Of a DNA stretch of 64,000 nt, positions 1 through 8,111 are shown one piece after another. The DNA is from Escherichia coli. Its GTDB lineage: Bacteria > Pseudomonadota > Gammaproteobacteria > Enterobacterales > Enterobacteriaceae. The position numbers were made by a program, and so were the translations under genes. The stretch lies in the NCBI GenBank assembly GCA_031701365.1, contig GCA_031701365.1_4118.1; one strand, given 5' to 3'. Position 1 is the stretch's first letter. Each line of letters opens with the position of its first letter. The notes beneath the pieces are model-generated. The model was not told the origin of the DNA. It saw nothing but the letters and a program-made list of their open reading frames with translations, and did not search any database.

Positions 1-88
1 GTATTCCACGCAGTAAGTACGAAAAAAGTAGTTGCCATTGATAGTAAAGTACTGTAATATAGTTTCATTAACTCAAGGAGTCAATACA

Positions 89-673
89 ATGCGTAACTAT
101 ACTAAATTCATCCGTTCACTTCATGCAATGGAAACTAATAAAGAGATCCTTACAGCTTGTCGGTTAGCTGGTCTGGAGATCGTCGGTGCGGGTTCTTCCC
201 GTATTGTATTCGCTTTAAATGATCGGTTAGTGATTAAGGTCGCTAATAGTGATGCTGGCGTAGATCAAAATGAAACTGAATGTAAGGTATGGAATTTTTT
301 AGATTATGACCGTCCGCACCTTAAACAGTACTTTGCAAAGGTGCATATGCATTTATGCGATCCTGATAATCTGTTTATTGTTATGGATCGTTTGAGTATT
401 GCAAGCAAAGGTAGTGCAAAGCACATAACGGCCTGTAATGAATTAAAGTACAATGCTAAACGTAAAACTATTGAACGCCAACACCATTTTGCCGATGCAC
501 TACAACACGTCGATGATACATTATCAACACTAACGATCATTGATATCAGCAAGACGAACATAGGCCAGGATCGCAACGGCTTGATTAAAGTACTTGATTA
601 CGGTTTAACCCGCAATATCTGGAATCAGTACTATAAAAAGCGTGATGTAAAAACCGTAACAATAACACGATAA
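89..673 (+). CDS. putative protein kinase-like protein
   Basis: ORF 32-673; likely start ATG 89 after AAGGAG. Gly-rich loop GAGSSRIVF, VIKV lysine, DISKTNIGQD catalytic-loop-like and DYG (DFG-like) motifs. Confidence 0.45.
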   Translation: MRNYTKFIRSLHAMETNKEILTACRLAGLEIVGAGSSRIVFALNDRLVIKVANSDAGVDQNETECKVWNFLDYDRPHLKQYFAKVHMHLCDPDNLFIVMDRLSIASKGSAKHITACNELKYNAKRKTIERQHHFADALQHVDDTLSTLTIIDISKTNIGQDRNGLIKVLDYGLTRNIWNQYYKKRDVKTVTITR

Positions 674-687
674 AAAAGATTAAAAAA

Positions 688-716
688 GGGATTGACTCAG
701 GTCAGTCCCTTTGCTA
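688..716 (+). terminator. rho-independent terminator-like hairpin
   Basis: GGGATTGAC-tcag-GTCAGTCCC inverted repeat followed by T-rich tract. Confidence 0.5.
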
Positions 717-744
717 TTATATATTCATTGAGAGATAACTCACT

Positions 745-775
745 GACCCATAGGGTGCGGAAGTGTATCTATTAT
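745..775 (+). promoter_or_regulatory. conserved intergenic box, copy 1
   Basis: CCCATAGGGTGCGGAAGTGTATCT; near-identical copy at 2665-2690, each downstream of a hairpin and upstream of a promoter cassette. Confidence 0.4.
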
Positions 776-809
776 ATAAGTATTCAGTACTGAAAACTAT
801 TTTATAAAA

Positions 810-875
810 AGTACTTGCATTGTACTTAGAATCAAGTATAATGTTTTATATCGAGAGGGGGAAATGGTTCTCCCT
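810..875 (+). promoter_or_regulatory. PeSL-like cassette 1: early-type promoter plus 5-prime UTR stem-loop
   Basis: -35 TTGCAT 815-820, 16-bp spacer, -10 TATAAT 837-842; hairpin AGGGGGAA-atgg-TTCTCCCT 855-874 just upstream of RBS. Confidence 0.6.
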
Positions 876-896
876 GGTACATTAAGGAATAAAATC

Positions 897-1118
897 ATGA
901 CTACGATGACTTGCGTTCACGCTTCAAATCTTCTGAATGATGCAGCATTTAAAGCAGGTGAAGAATATCAATGCTATCGGGATGAAAATAAAAAAGTTTT
1001 CGTCGTTGATGCTAACGGTTTCCATATTGAATTACAATCCGGCTTCACTGGTGTTGATGGTAAATCAGTATGGGGCGTACAGGACGATAACGGTACATAT
1101 CATTTTAAACGTAATTAA
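897..1118 (+). CDS. hypothetical small early protein
   Basis: ORF 864-1118, start moved to ATG 897 after AAGGA RBS downstream of cassette 1. Confidence 0.6.
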   Translation: MTTMTCVHASNLLNDAAFKAGEEYQCYRDENKKVFVVDANGFHIELQSGFTGVDGKSVWGVQDDNGTYHFKRN

Positions 1119-1121
1119 GTA

Positions 1122-1180
1122 TTGACAAAGTATATCAGTACTGTATAATAGTTTACATCAAGGGGAGAATAGTTCTCCCC
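1122..1180 (+). promoter_or_regulatory. PeSL-like cassette 2
   Basis: -35 TTGACA 1122-1127, TG-extended -10 TATAAT 1144-1149; hairpin GGGGAGA-atagt-TCTCCCC 1162-1180. Confidence 0.6.
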
Positions 1181-1202
1181 ACCAATAAAAGGAAACAAAA
1201 TT

Positions 1203-1475
1203 ATGTCCAGCTACTCCGCTACTATGATTATTAAAGATATGAACGGTAATCCTACTTCTGCTGGTGGATCATTTGGTAACATTAACTTAGATGGTCGGTT
1301 ATCAATTGAATCAGCCATCAATGCCGCGAAAGAAGTTTTTAAGAATGAATGTACTGTAAGCAAGCTGGATTATATGGGCTTCGCTATCGAGAAAACTAAT
1401 CGTTTTGTGGACTACAAAAAACCACTGATGATCGATACTAACCTGAAAGCTAACGAAGTGGAATACTTATTATGA
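1203..1475 (+). CDS. hypothetical small early protein
   Basis: ORF with AAAGGA RBS; downstream of cassette 2. Confidence 0.65.
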   Translation: MSSYSATMIIKDMNGNPTSAGGSFGNINLDGRLSIESAINAAKEVFKNECTVSKLDYMGFAIEKTNRFVDYKKPLMIDTNLKANEVEYLL

Positions 1476-1663
1476 CAGTAGAAGAAGTTAAAAAAGTACT
1501 GGCAGTACTACGCTATCATAATCATTGTAAGGTGAAGAATGATCCTGATTATCTTGATTCATCGCTGGAAGAGGATACACTACAAGCAATAAGCCATATG
1601 CAAAAAATGCTTAAGCGTATGACCGAAAAGAATAGGCCGGACTATATAGGAAATAAAATTTAA
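1472..1663 (+). CDS. hypothetical small protein
   Basis: ORF whose start overlaps upstream stop (ATGA), translationally coupled. Confidence 0.55.
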   Translation: MTVEEVKKVLAVLRYHNHCKVKNDPDYLDSSLEEDTLQAISHMQKMLKRMTEKNRPDYIGNKI

Positions 1664-1670
1664 AAAGTAC

Positions 1671-1727
1671 TTGCATTGTAAGTAAAACAAAGTATAATGT
1701 TTTGCATAGGGGGAGATATCCTCCCCC
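1671..1727 (+). promoter_or_regulatory. PeSL-like cassette 3
   Basis: -35 TTGCAT 1671-1676, -10 TATAAT 1693-1698; hairpin GGGGGAG-atatc-CTCCCCC 1709-1727. Confidence 0.6.
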
Positions 1728-1746
1728 ACTAATAAGGAGTACTAAA

Positions 1747-1971
1747 ATGGCTAACTTTGATGAACTGATGCGGGAAGTAGCTACCCTGGCAGAAGAGAAG
1801 AAATCATTTGATTCTATCTATAACACCGCTTACAGTGATTCAGTACTGGCATGTACTCAGGATCAAAAAGATGAACTGATCGCCACCTATCATGAAGCAT
1901 GGAAGTATTACCGCCAATGGGAGAAAGAAGAAAGCGAGTCTACCATCAACGGCCTCAATAATCTAATCTAA
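1747..1971 (+). CDS. hypothetical small early protein
   Basis: ORF 1702-1971, start moved to ATG 1747 after AAGGAG RBS. Confidence 0.65.
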   Translation: MANFDELMREVATLAEEKKSFDSIYNTAYSDSVLACTQDQKDELIATYHEAWKYYRQWEKEESESTINGLNNLI

Positions 1972-2046
1972 AGTTTTATTTCAGTACTATTATCATAGCG
2001 TGATAGTACTGTTGTGATAACTTTACTAACTACAAGGGGAAACATA

Positions 2047-2304
2047 ATGGAACAGTTTAAAACGTATCGGGTAAATCCAATCGCCACAGCCTACGTAGAA
2101 GACCATAAAACATTACCAGTACAGACACCAATCAAAGGCCGTATCTATCGTGCTATGCAGTGGAATAACGCCTATAATGGCTATAAAGCGGTATCCGCTG
2201 CAATGTACTTAGGGGATGGCGAATGGTTTGATCCAAATAATCCTGGTGCACTCGATAGTACTGAAAAAATGAAATGGGCCGACTATATCGAAGATATCTC
2301 ATAA
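2047..2304 (+). CDS. hypothetical small protein (MYLGDGE motif)
   Basis: ORF 2014-2304, start at ATG 2047; shares MYLGDGE motif with ORF 21801-22109. Confidence 0.6.
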   Translation: MEQFKTYRVNPIATAYVEDHKTLPVQTPIKGRIYRAMQWNNAYNGYKAVSAAMYLGDGEWFDPNNPGALDSTEKMKWADYIEDIS

Positions 2305-2311
2305 AAACTAT

Positions 2312-2373
2312 TTGACAGTACTACAAGATAATGTATAATGTTTTACATAGAGCGGGGGAATAGTTCTCCCGCA
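2312..2373 (+). promoter_or_regulatory. PeSL-like cassette 4
   Basis: -35 TTGACA 2312-2317, TG-extended -10 TATAAT 2334-2339; imperfect hairpin GCGGGGGA..TCTCCCGC 2352-2373. Confidence 0.6.
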
Positions 2374-2392
2374 CCTTTAGGAGTAAAACATT

Positions 2393-2593
2393 ATGTCAAT
2401 CGCTAACGAATTGGTTGCAGTACTGAATGAAGCAAAAGCCAACTGCATCGATGTACAGATCAAAGAGCTTGGCAATGGCTTGATCGGCTGTACATGTTCA
2501 GTTCAAACGGCTACCGATTATCGGGAAGTGGAATCACTCGAATCACTGGTACGGTATATTAAAATCCTGGTAGAAGATTGGAGAATCATCTAA
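2393..2593 (+). CDS. hypothetical small early protein
   Basis: ORF with TAGGAG RBS downstream of cassette 4. Confidence 0.65.
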   Translation: MSIANELVAVLNEAKANCIDVQIKELGNGLIGCTCSVQTATDYREVESLESLVRYIKILVEDWRII

Positions 2594-2611
2594 CAAAAAA
2601 GAATAAAAAAA

Positions 2612-2640
2612 GGAGTTGACTTCGGTCCGCTCCTTTAGTA
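2612..2640 (+). terminator. terminator-like hairpin
   Basis: GGAGTTGAC-ttcg-GTCCGCTCC followed by TTT. Confidence 0.45.
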
Positions 2641-2664
2641 CTATATACGCATAGACAAAAACTA

Positions 2665-2690
2665 GCCCACAGGGTGCAGAGAAGTATCTG
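2665..2690 (+). promoter_or_regulatory. conserved intergenic box, copy 2
   Basis: CCCACAGGGTGCAGAGAAGTATCT, homologous to 745-775. Confidence 0.4.
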
Positions 2691-2766
2691 TAAGATAGTT
2701 AATAACGGTGAGTAACTATCTGCTGGTGGATGTAATTCCAGTACTCAAAACTATTTCAAAAAAGTA

Positions 2767-2830
2767 TTGACAAAGTATAGCAGTACTGCAATAATGTATC
2801 TCGTAGGGCGGCAATGGTGCGACGGCCCAC
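2767..2830 (+). promoter_or_regulatory. PeSL-like cassette 5
   Basis: -35 TTGACA 2767-2772, -10 AATAAT about 2790-2795; GC-rich imperfect hairpin GGGCGGC..GGCCC 2806-2828. Confidence 0.5.
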
Positions 2831-2848
2831 AAAGTTAGGAGCTTCATC

Positions 2849-3175
2849 ATGAGTACTTCAATCGCTATCGTTAAAGCTTTCATCCGTACCAATTTCGACC
2901 GCATTACTGTTGATGGTAATGATCGGGAAGTAGAATACTCTTTCATTGTTGCACAAACCGCAAACGGTGCACGCTATATCTTAAACGATAGTGAAGCTAA
3001 CCACTACTTCTATAATAAAGGATTACACTACATCCCTAGCGAAGTAGTCTACACTAAGATGAATAAGCTGGTAGACAAGATTAACGCTAAAGGTACTATC
3101 GATTTACAGTACTGGACCGAAACAGATCCAGAATACGGATCACATCGTTACCTGAATCCAGGTATTAAAATGTAA
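2849..3175 (+). CDS. hypothetical small early protein
   Basis: ORF with AGGAG RBS. Confidence 0.65.
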   Translation: MSTSIAIVKAFIRTNFDRITVDGNDREVEYSFIVAQTANGARYILNDSEANHYFYNKGLHYIPSEVVYTKMNKLVDKINAKGTIDLQYWTETDPEYGSHRYLNPGIKM

Positions 3176-3182
3176 AAAGTAC

Positions 3183-3245
3183 TTGCATAGTACTTAGAAT
3201 CAAGTATAATGTTTTACATAGAGAGGGGGAAATGGTTCTCCCTCC
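3183..3245 (+). promoter_or_regulatory. PeSL-like cassette 6, near-identical to cassette 1
   Basis: -35 TTGCAT 3183-3188, -10 TATAAT 3205-3210; hairpin AGGGGGAAATGGTTCTCCCT 3223-3242; about 70 bp nearly identical to 808-875. Confidence 0.6.
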
Positions 3246-3264
3246 TAAATTAAGGAGTTTTATC

Positions 3265-3666
3265 ATGACCTTCTCAATCACTTCCTTCGCTGACGTTTTA
3301 GTACTGGCTCGGACTTTTGGTAAAGATGCACTGGAGTACGCTGTAAGTAATGGCACTCTCCAACCGGAACAATGCCGCATCATTGGAAACTGTAAACGTT
3401 GGGCGGTATCCAATACTATTGCACTAGAAAACTTCAACGATGGTAACAATGAGTATTCAGTTGATGCAGTATTCGAAGCCGTTGATCTTGGCGGTATCTA
3501 TAACACTAACCTAAATGATGTGCGTATCGTTCGCACGGGGTTCGGTGCTTATGATGTATCTATCCGTGAAGCTATGAACACCGGATACATTAGTAAGGAC
3601 TTACTTGCTCACATCATGCAGCTATGGACGGAACGTAACGAAGCACGCACTATCTTAGGACTATAA
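3265..3666 (+). CDS. hypothetical protein
   Basis: ORF 3232-3666, start moved to ATG 3265 after AAGGAG RBS. Confidence 0.65.
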   Translation: MTFSITSFADVLVLARTFGKDALEYAVSNGTLQPEQCRIIGNCKRWAVSNTIALENFNDGNNEYSVDAVFEAVDLGGIYNTNLNDVRIVRTGFGAYDVSIREAMNTGYISKDLLAHIMQLWTERNEARTILGL

Positions 3667-3690
3667 GCATTACACATCACCAAACATCAT

Positions 3691-3710
3691 AGGCCGCTCT
3701 CTAGCGGCCT
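3691..3710 (+). terminator. palindromic hairpin, weak terminator candidate
   Basis: AGGCCGCT-ctct-AGCGGCCT; no clear U-tract. Confidence 0.35.
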
Positions 3711-3734
3711 TAACTATATCAGGAGGGCATACAT

Positions 3735-3944
3735 ATGTTCTATACAGTATACAGCGTTCTAGGTACGATTGCTGGCGTACATGATAACGTCGATGATGCT
3801 ATGCGTACAGTACTAACACAAGTCCCCCTCAAGCCTAAGACTGTTAAGCAGATGACAGCACGACTAACCAGGGCGGGCGATGGCGTGGAAGTATGGCAGG
3901 ACTACGGGGATACACAGATAATCGTTAGCGTAACGAAGGATTAA
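3735..3944 (+). CDS. hypothetical small protein
   Basis: ORF with AGGAGG RBS. Confidence 0.55.
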   Translation: MFYTVYSVLGTIAGVHDNVDDAMRTVLTQVPLKPKTVKQMTARLTRAGDGVEVWQDYGDTQIIVSVTKD

Positions 3945-4135
3945 TGCGTAAAGGGATCTAGTACTGATTCAGAAAAAAGTCAAGGCGTTTTTAAAATTAT
4001 GCGTTAAAAAAATGCATAGGTAATCCCTTGACTTTTTTGAAATAAAAGGGATTGGACTATGGCAAAATGCGTAGGGGGCTAAAGGGCGGGTAACCTTAGC
4101 GACTTCGATAAAGGGGTATTACGAATAAAATGTTA

Positions 4136-4163
4136 TTGACTTTTTATACAATTCATATATTAT
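4136..4163 (+). promoter_or_regulatory. sigma70-like promoter upstream of family A array
   Basis: -35 TTGACT 4136-4141, 16-bp spacer, -10 TATTAT 4158-4163. Confidence 0.45.
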
Positions 4164-4193
4164 ATGATTGATATTATTTTCAAGGGAGTCCCT

Positions 4194-4391
4194 ATGCGTA
4201 TTTTAACTCAAGCAGAACACCACGAAAGACTTATCAATAACATGGCTATGATAATGTATAAGTCACATGAACGTGGTATTGCCTATAAGCGTGAATTAAT
4301 TATGGCACTATTCATTGGAACTAACTTTCAGGAAAGGTATGTCAAGGATTGGATTTGGTATTTAATTGAAGATGTAACGAGTAAACTATGA
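4194..4391 (+). CDS. family A small protein 1
   Basis: C-terminal FIGTNFQERYV..IEDVTSKL; start moved to ATG 4194. Confidence 0.65.
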   Translation: MRILTQAEHHERLINNMAMIMYKSHERGIAYKRELIMALFIGTNFQERYVKDWIWYLIEDVTSKL

Positions 4392-4588
4392 AAATGCGTA
4401 AATTAACCGAAAAAGAATATCAATCACTGTTACGTAAAAACTACGTAAAGATTTACAATACAGACACACACGTAGAACGAATGGAGTTATACCTTTTGAT
4501 TACATTGGGAACTAACTATCAGGATGCATGGGTGATTCAATATATGGATGCATTGAAAAATGAAATATTGTCCACGAGGAAACAATGA
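4388..4588 (+). CDS. family A small protein 2
   Basis: LGTNYQDAWV motif; ATGA overlap with upstream stop. Confidence 0.65.
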   Translation: MKMRKLTEKEYQSLLRKNYVKIYNTDTHVERMELYLLITLGTNYQDAWVIQYMDALKNEILSTRKQ

Positions 4589-4794
4589 AAACTATAACAC
4601 GAACCCAATCATTCGGACTTATCTTGAAATACATGGACTTAATGGTGGATATCAGCAAAGACCTGCCTAAAACTGCAATTGAAGTTGCAAGAGCAGAGAT
4701 CCGCATGTTGGCTGTACTGAACACAAACCATCAGGAAGAGTATGTTGACGATTGGATTCGATTTTTAATAGAAGATATTAAGAGTAAACTATGA
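4585..4794 (+). CDS. family A small protein 3
   Basis: LNTNHQEEYV..IEDIKSKL. Confidence 0.65.
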   Translation: MKTITRTQSFGLILKYMDLMVDISKDLPKTAIEVARAEIRMLAVLNTNHQEEYVDDWIRFLIEDIKSKL

Positions 4795-5003
4795 TTATAT
4801 TAACACCTGAAGAATATAAGAAACGTTTTAAATCTGTCCAGGCTGAAATATTACTTATATACCTTTCAAATGCAGATCTTAACTTATCAAGGGTAATGGA
4901 GAAGGATTTACTTATGGGTGCATTTTTGGATACAGACTTTCAGGAGTATTATGTAGGAGAATACTTTATTGCACTTCAGAACCACATTAAGAGTAAACTA
5001 TGA
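4791..5003 (+). CDS. family A small protein 4
   Basis: LDTDFQEYYV..IKSKL. Confidence 0.65.
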   Translation: MIILTPEEYKKRFKSVQAEILLIYLSNADLNLSRVMEKDLLMGAFLDTDFQEYYVGEYFIALQNHIKSKL

Positions 5004-5215
5004 TTATTCTAGAAAAATCATATCAATATACTGAACGCATCGCTGCCAGACAACTTGAAATCCTCATAATATACGAAGAGACTTCTGATTTAAACTTAGC
5101 CGAGGTATTGGAAAATGAAATACTTTTGGGTGCATTCTTGGGAACAGACTATCAGGAGTATTATGAGGAAAAGTATTTGTCATCTCTTGAGAAATACGTC
5201 AGGAGCAAACTATGA
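5000..5215 (+). CDS. family A small protein 5
   Basis: LGTDYQEYYE..VRSKL. Confidence 0.65.
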   Translation: MIILEKSYQYTERIAARQLEILIIYEETSDLNLAEVLENEILLGAFLGTDYQEYYEEKYLSSLEKYVRSKL

Positions 5216-5439
5216 AACATTTAAGTAATATAGAGAAGAATAAAATTATCATTGCTGTAATAAACAAATATTTTACACTTCCACAAAAAGAATGTTTATC
5301 TATAAGGGAACACAGGATAAACACCACCGAGATTCGCATGTTGGCTGTACTGGGGACTAACTTCCAAGAAGGCTATGTTCATGAGCACATCGTTGCACTC
5401 ACTAATTACATAATGGACAAATGTAATGAACATCATTAA
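5212..5439 (+). CDS. family A small protein 6
   Basis: LGTNFQEGYV. Confidence 0.65.
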   Translation: MKHLSNIEKNKIIIAVINKYFTLPQKECLSIREHRINTTEIRMLAVLGTNFQEGYVHEHIVALTNYIMDKCNEHH

Positions 5440-5650
5440 TAACTTTGAATACGAGGCCCGTGCTAAGAGTGCCAGAAAAAAAGAGAACACCATTTACTTC
5501 ACTATGATGTACTTACAATGGACTGAGATTGAAGAAAAGGTTGCTGAAGTATGGATGTTGGAATTCATGGGGACGCAGTATCAGAATAGGTTTGCGGGTG
5601 AGTATATCAATGTTCTTATGAAACAAATAGAAAGAAAGGAAAAGAACTAA
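5426..5650 (+). CDS. family A small protein 7
   Basis: MGTQYQNRFA. Confidence 0.6.
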   Translation: MNIINNFEYEARAKSARKKENTIYFTMMYLQWTEIEEKVAEVWMLEFMGTQYQNRFAGEYINVLMKQIERKEKN

Positions 5651-5808
5651 TGGTTTTCATTAACATATCTGACCAACTCGATACTAAACTAAAAGTCGAG
5701 AAGAGTGAGGGATGGATGCTGTACTTTCTTGGAACTTCTCATCAGAATTTTTATATCCATGAACACATAGTTGCACTCACAAATCTAATAAGGGATAAAT
5801 GCAAATGA
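5650..5808 (+). CDS. family A small protein 8 (52 aa, not in ORF track)
   Basis: Hand-translated MVFINISDQLDTKLKVEKSEGWMLYFLGTSHQNFYIHEHIVALTNLIRDKCK; below track length cutoff. Confidence 0.55.
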   Translation: MVFINISDQLDTKLKVEKSEGWMLYFLGTSHQNFYIHEHIVALTNLIRDKCK

Positions 5809-6062
5809 AACACTTAACACAAGATGAATATTCACTTAGAATTCGAAAGCTCACCCCAGAAGCAAGAGTAATCTACGATGACGATGCACTTTCATGGAAC
5901 GAGATGAAAGTTAAAGTTCATGAGCTATGGTTGCTGTACTTTGTGGGAACCCAATATCAAGAGAAATATTGTACCGATTATCTTGAACAACTAATGGATC
6001 TTATACAGATAAAACTAAATGAACGAATTGTGGAAAAATATGAAAACTTTATCAAGCACTGA
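5799..6062 (+). CDS. family A small protein 9
   Basis: VGTQYQEKYC; C-terminal extension past usual IK.KL end. Confidence 0.6.
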   Translation: MQMKHLTQDEYSLRIRKLTPEARVIYDDDALSWNEMKVKVHELWLLYFVGTQYQEKYCTDYLEQLMDLIQIKLNERIVEKYENFIKH

Positions 6063-6291
6063 GTATCAAACTGCCCTCTTCTCCCTTCTAAACACTCTCC
6101 GCACGAACAATAAACTTTATAATTCCCGTGAAGCTGATATTGTCAACGGTGAACTTTATCTTATGAAATTCATTGGAACAAACTATCAAGATCTGTTCAT
6201 TCAACGATACCTGGCAGCATTGAGAAACGAAATATCAGATAAAACCCGCCAAGCCAGAAGAGAATGGAAGAAACAATGCGACAAAGACTAA
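6019..6291 (+). CDS. family A small protein 10
   Basis: IGTNYQDLFI; start uncertain (6019 or 6040). Confidence 0.55.
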   Translation: MNELWKNMKTLSSTEYQTALFSLLNTLRTNNKLYNSREADIVNGELYLMKFIGTNYQDLFIQRYLAALRNEISDKTRQARREWKKQCDKD

Positions 6292-6527
6292 ATCACAAAA
6301 TGTATTGTAAACTATTACAGAATCTGGGACAAAAACACTATGATACAGTATCTGAAATATTACCCTATGATATCATGCGTTTAATTCATAGTGAGGCAGA
6401 GATGCTTGTACTGATGACAGGCACTGATAAAACAGCAATTACCAAATCTATAGATATGTTCATCGATGCACACTGCCAACACATTAGAACCGAGATATGG
6501 AGACGTGAGAATGAAAATCCTGACTGA
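6264..6527 (+). CDS. family A-like small protein 11 (divergent)
   Basis: MTGTDKTAI in place of LGTNYQ; start uncertain. Confidence 0.45.
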   Translation: MEETMRQRLNHKMYCKLLQNLGQKHYDTVSEILPYDIMRLIHSEAEMLVLMTGTDKTAITKSIDMFIDAHCQHIRTEIWRRENENPD

Positions 6528-6726
6528 GCATGAGTATTACAATAGGTTAAGAACGATACAAGGAAAAGTCTCGTGGACTTTTTTAGATAATTCTATTGCA
6601 GAAGCGGACCGATGTGTTATAATAGCTGAAATGAAGCTATTACTCTTCATTGGGACAAACTATCAAAGTATCTACATAGACGCATGGTTAAGCAGCTTAC
6701 GTCTGAAGTCGGTGAGTTTAAAATGA
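6511..6726 (+). CDS. family A small protein 12
   Basis: IGTNYQSIYI; start ATG 6511 (MKILTEHEY). Confidence 0.6.
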   Translation: MKILTEHEYYNRLRTIQGKVSWTFLDNSIAEADRCVIIAEMKLLLFIGTNYQSIYIDAWLSSLRLKSVSLK

Positions 6727-6941
6727 GAAAATTAATAGGTTTCGAATATGTTAAGCTTCTACAAACCTGTGGAATCAGAAGGAGAATGATTCAAAAGGAT
6801 AAAAGAATTGCCGAAGAACGAAAGTATATAATGATAACTGAACTTTATGTCTTAACACTCTTAGGCACAAACTATCAACACACTTATGTAGACCTATGGA
6901 TCGATGCACTACAGAAAGAGGTTAAAAGTAAATGCAAATGA
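6723..6941 (+). CDS. family A small protein 13
   Basis: LGTNYQHTYV; ATGA overlap start 6723. Confidence 0.6.
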   Translation: MRKLIGFEYVKLLQTCGIRRRMIQKDKRIAEERKYIMITELYVLTLLGTNYQHTYVDLWIDALQKEVKSKCK

Positions 6942-7150
6942 TTAATTTAAGTAAAGACGAATTTTATGTTATACTGGCGAAAACTTATCCAGCACGTAAG
7001 GCCGTTTATGATAGTCACATTATTGAACCCTCAAAGAAGTTGATTTTAGTAAATGAGATAAAGATGCTTTCAGTCTTAGGAACAAACTATCAAGAGAATG
7101 CGGTACTGATGTTAATTGATGCCCTCCAGCGAGAGGTTAAACGTAAATGA
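6932..7150 (+). CDS. family A small protein 14
   Basis: LGTNYQENAV; N-terminus MQMINLSKDEF. Confidence 0.65.
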   Translation: MQMINLSKDEFYVILAKTYPARKAVYDSHIIEPSKKLILVNEIKMLSVLGTNYQENAVLMLIDALQREVKRK

Positions 7151-7392
7151 AAATGATTAATTTAACTTACCATGAATATCAAAAACGTTTAAATGCATCC
7201 AGAGATATAAGGATTCAAATATTCAATAACAAAAGATTGAAGCCTGATATCAGGAAAATCAAAATCATAGAAGCCGTGTTGTGCAACTTCCTAGGGACTA
7301 ACTATCAGGAAGGTAAGGTAGAAAACTATCTTATAGAACTCATGAATAGTATTGAAAATAAATGCGAGGATAATGATCATGAAAATGATTAA
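7147..7392 (+). CDS. family A small protein 15
   Basis: LGTNYQEGKV; N-terminus MKMINLTYHEY. Confidence 0.65.
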   Translation: MKMINLTYHEYQKRLNASRDIRIQIFNNKRLKPDIRKIKIIEAVLCNFLGTNYQEGKVENYLIELMNSIENKCEDNDHEND

Positions 7393-7642
7393 TTTAAGTA
7401 AAGATGAATATACCGAGCGTATGACAAAAAATACTCTTAAACGTAATACAATCTATCACAACCCAGAAATTCAACACAGTAAGAAAATGATTATGATACG
7501 TGAGTTAAAGATGGGTGTATTCTTAGGAACAAACTATCAAGAGATGGAAGTAAATCGCTTAATCGCGGAGTTACTAATGGAAATCAAAGGTAAGCTGTAC
7601 TTTTATCAAATGACCCGTCCACTAAGGTGTACTGATCGATGA
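7379..7642 (+). CDS. family A small protein 16
   Basis: LGTNYQEMEV; start 7379 (MKMINLSKDEY) by analogy with the junction at 7147. Confidence 0.6.
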   Translation: MKMINLSKDEYTERMTKNTLKRNTIYHNPEIQHSKKMIMIRELKMGVFLGTNYQEMEVNRLIAELLMEIKGKLYFYQMTRPLRCTDR

Positions 7643-7881
7643 ATATTGTGAATAACATCAGATTAGCAGAAAGATTTGATAGAATTGGGGAAGCACTGAG
7701 AAGATACGATAAAGAATATGGTCATTTGAGCTTTTCTATAGAAAAGAGATATGAACTTGAAGCAGAGTTTAAAATGCAGAGTCTCTTAGGCACACAGTAT
7801 CAAAACCAATATATTCAAACTTGGATTGATTGTTTAATCCAGACAATTTACGTAAGGAACATTAAATGCAAAATGAAATGA
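7639..7881 (+). CDS. family A small protein 17
   Basis: LGTQYQNQYI. Confidence 0.6.
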   Translation: MNIVNNIRLAERFDRIGEALRRYDKEYGHLSFSIEKRYELEAEFKMQSLLGTQYQNQYIQTWIDCLIQTIYVRNIKCKMK

Positions 7882-8111
7882 TATACTTAACATATAATGA
7901 ATACGTCGAGAGATTAGTTAGTGCCAAGAGATATACAAATCAACTTCCTCACAACCCAAACCAAACCCCAGAGGAAAAGAATGCGGAAGCTCTATTCCAA
8001 GCACTACCATACCTTCTTGGAACTGATAGGCAGGAGTATCACGTTGAACGTATAATTAAATCTCTTAAAATCACTATTAAGGAAAAGATACATGAAGCAC
8101 TTGACAGATGA
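7866..8111 (+). CDS. family A small protein 18
   Basis: LGTDRQEYHV. Confidence 0.6.
   Translation: MQNEMIYLTYNEYVERLVSAKRYTNQLPHNPNQTPEEKNAEALFQALPYLLGTDRQEYHVERIIKSLKITIKEKIHEALDR

Noticed and set aside
304-576. Minus-strand ORFs throughout the track (for example 304-576, 2716-2946, 3165-3449, 10016-10378, 19424-19849, 35104-35355, 55324-55617, 60437-60814)
   Set aside because: Each lies wholly inside or antisense to a better-supported plus-strand gene, lacks an RBS and has no recognisable motifs. The uniform plus-strand organisation with coupled junctions argues they are spurious.
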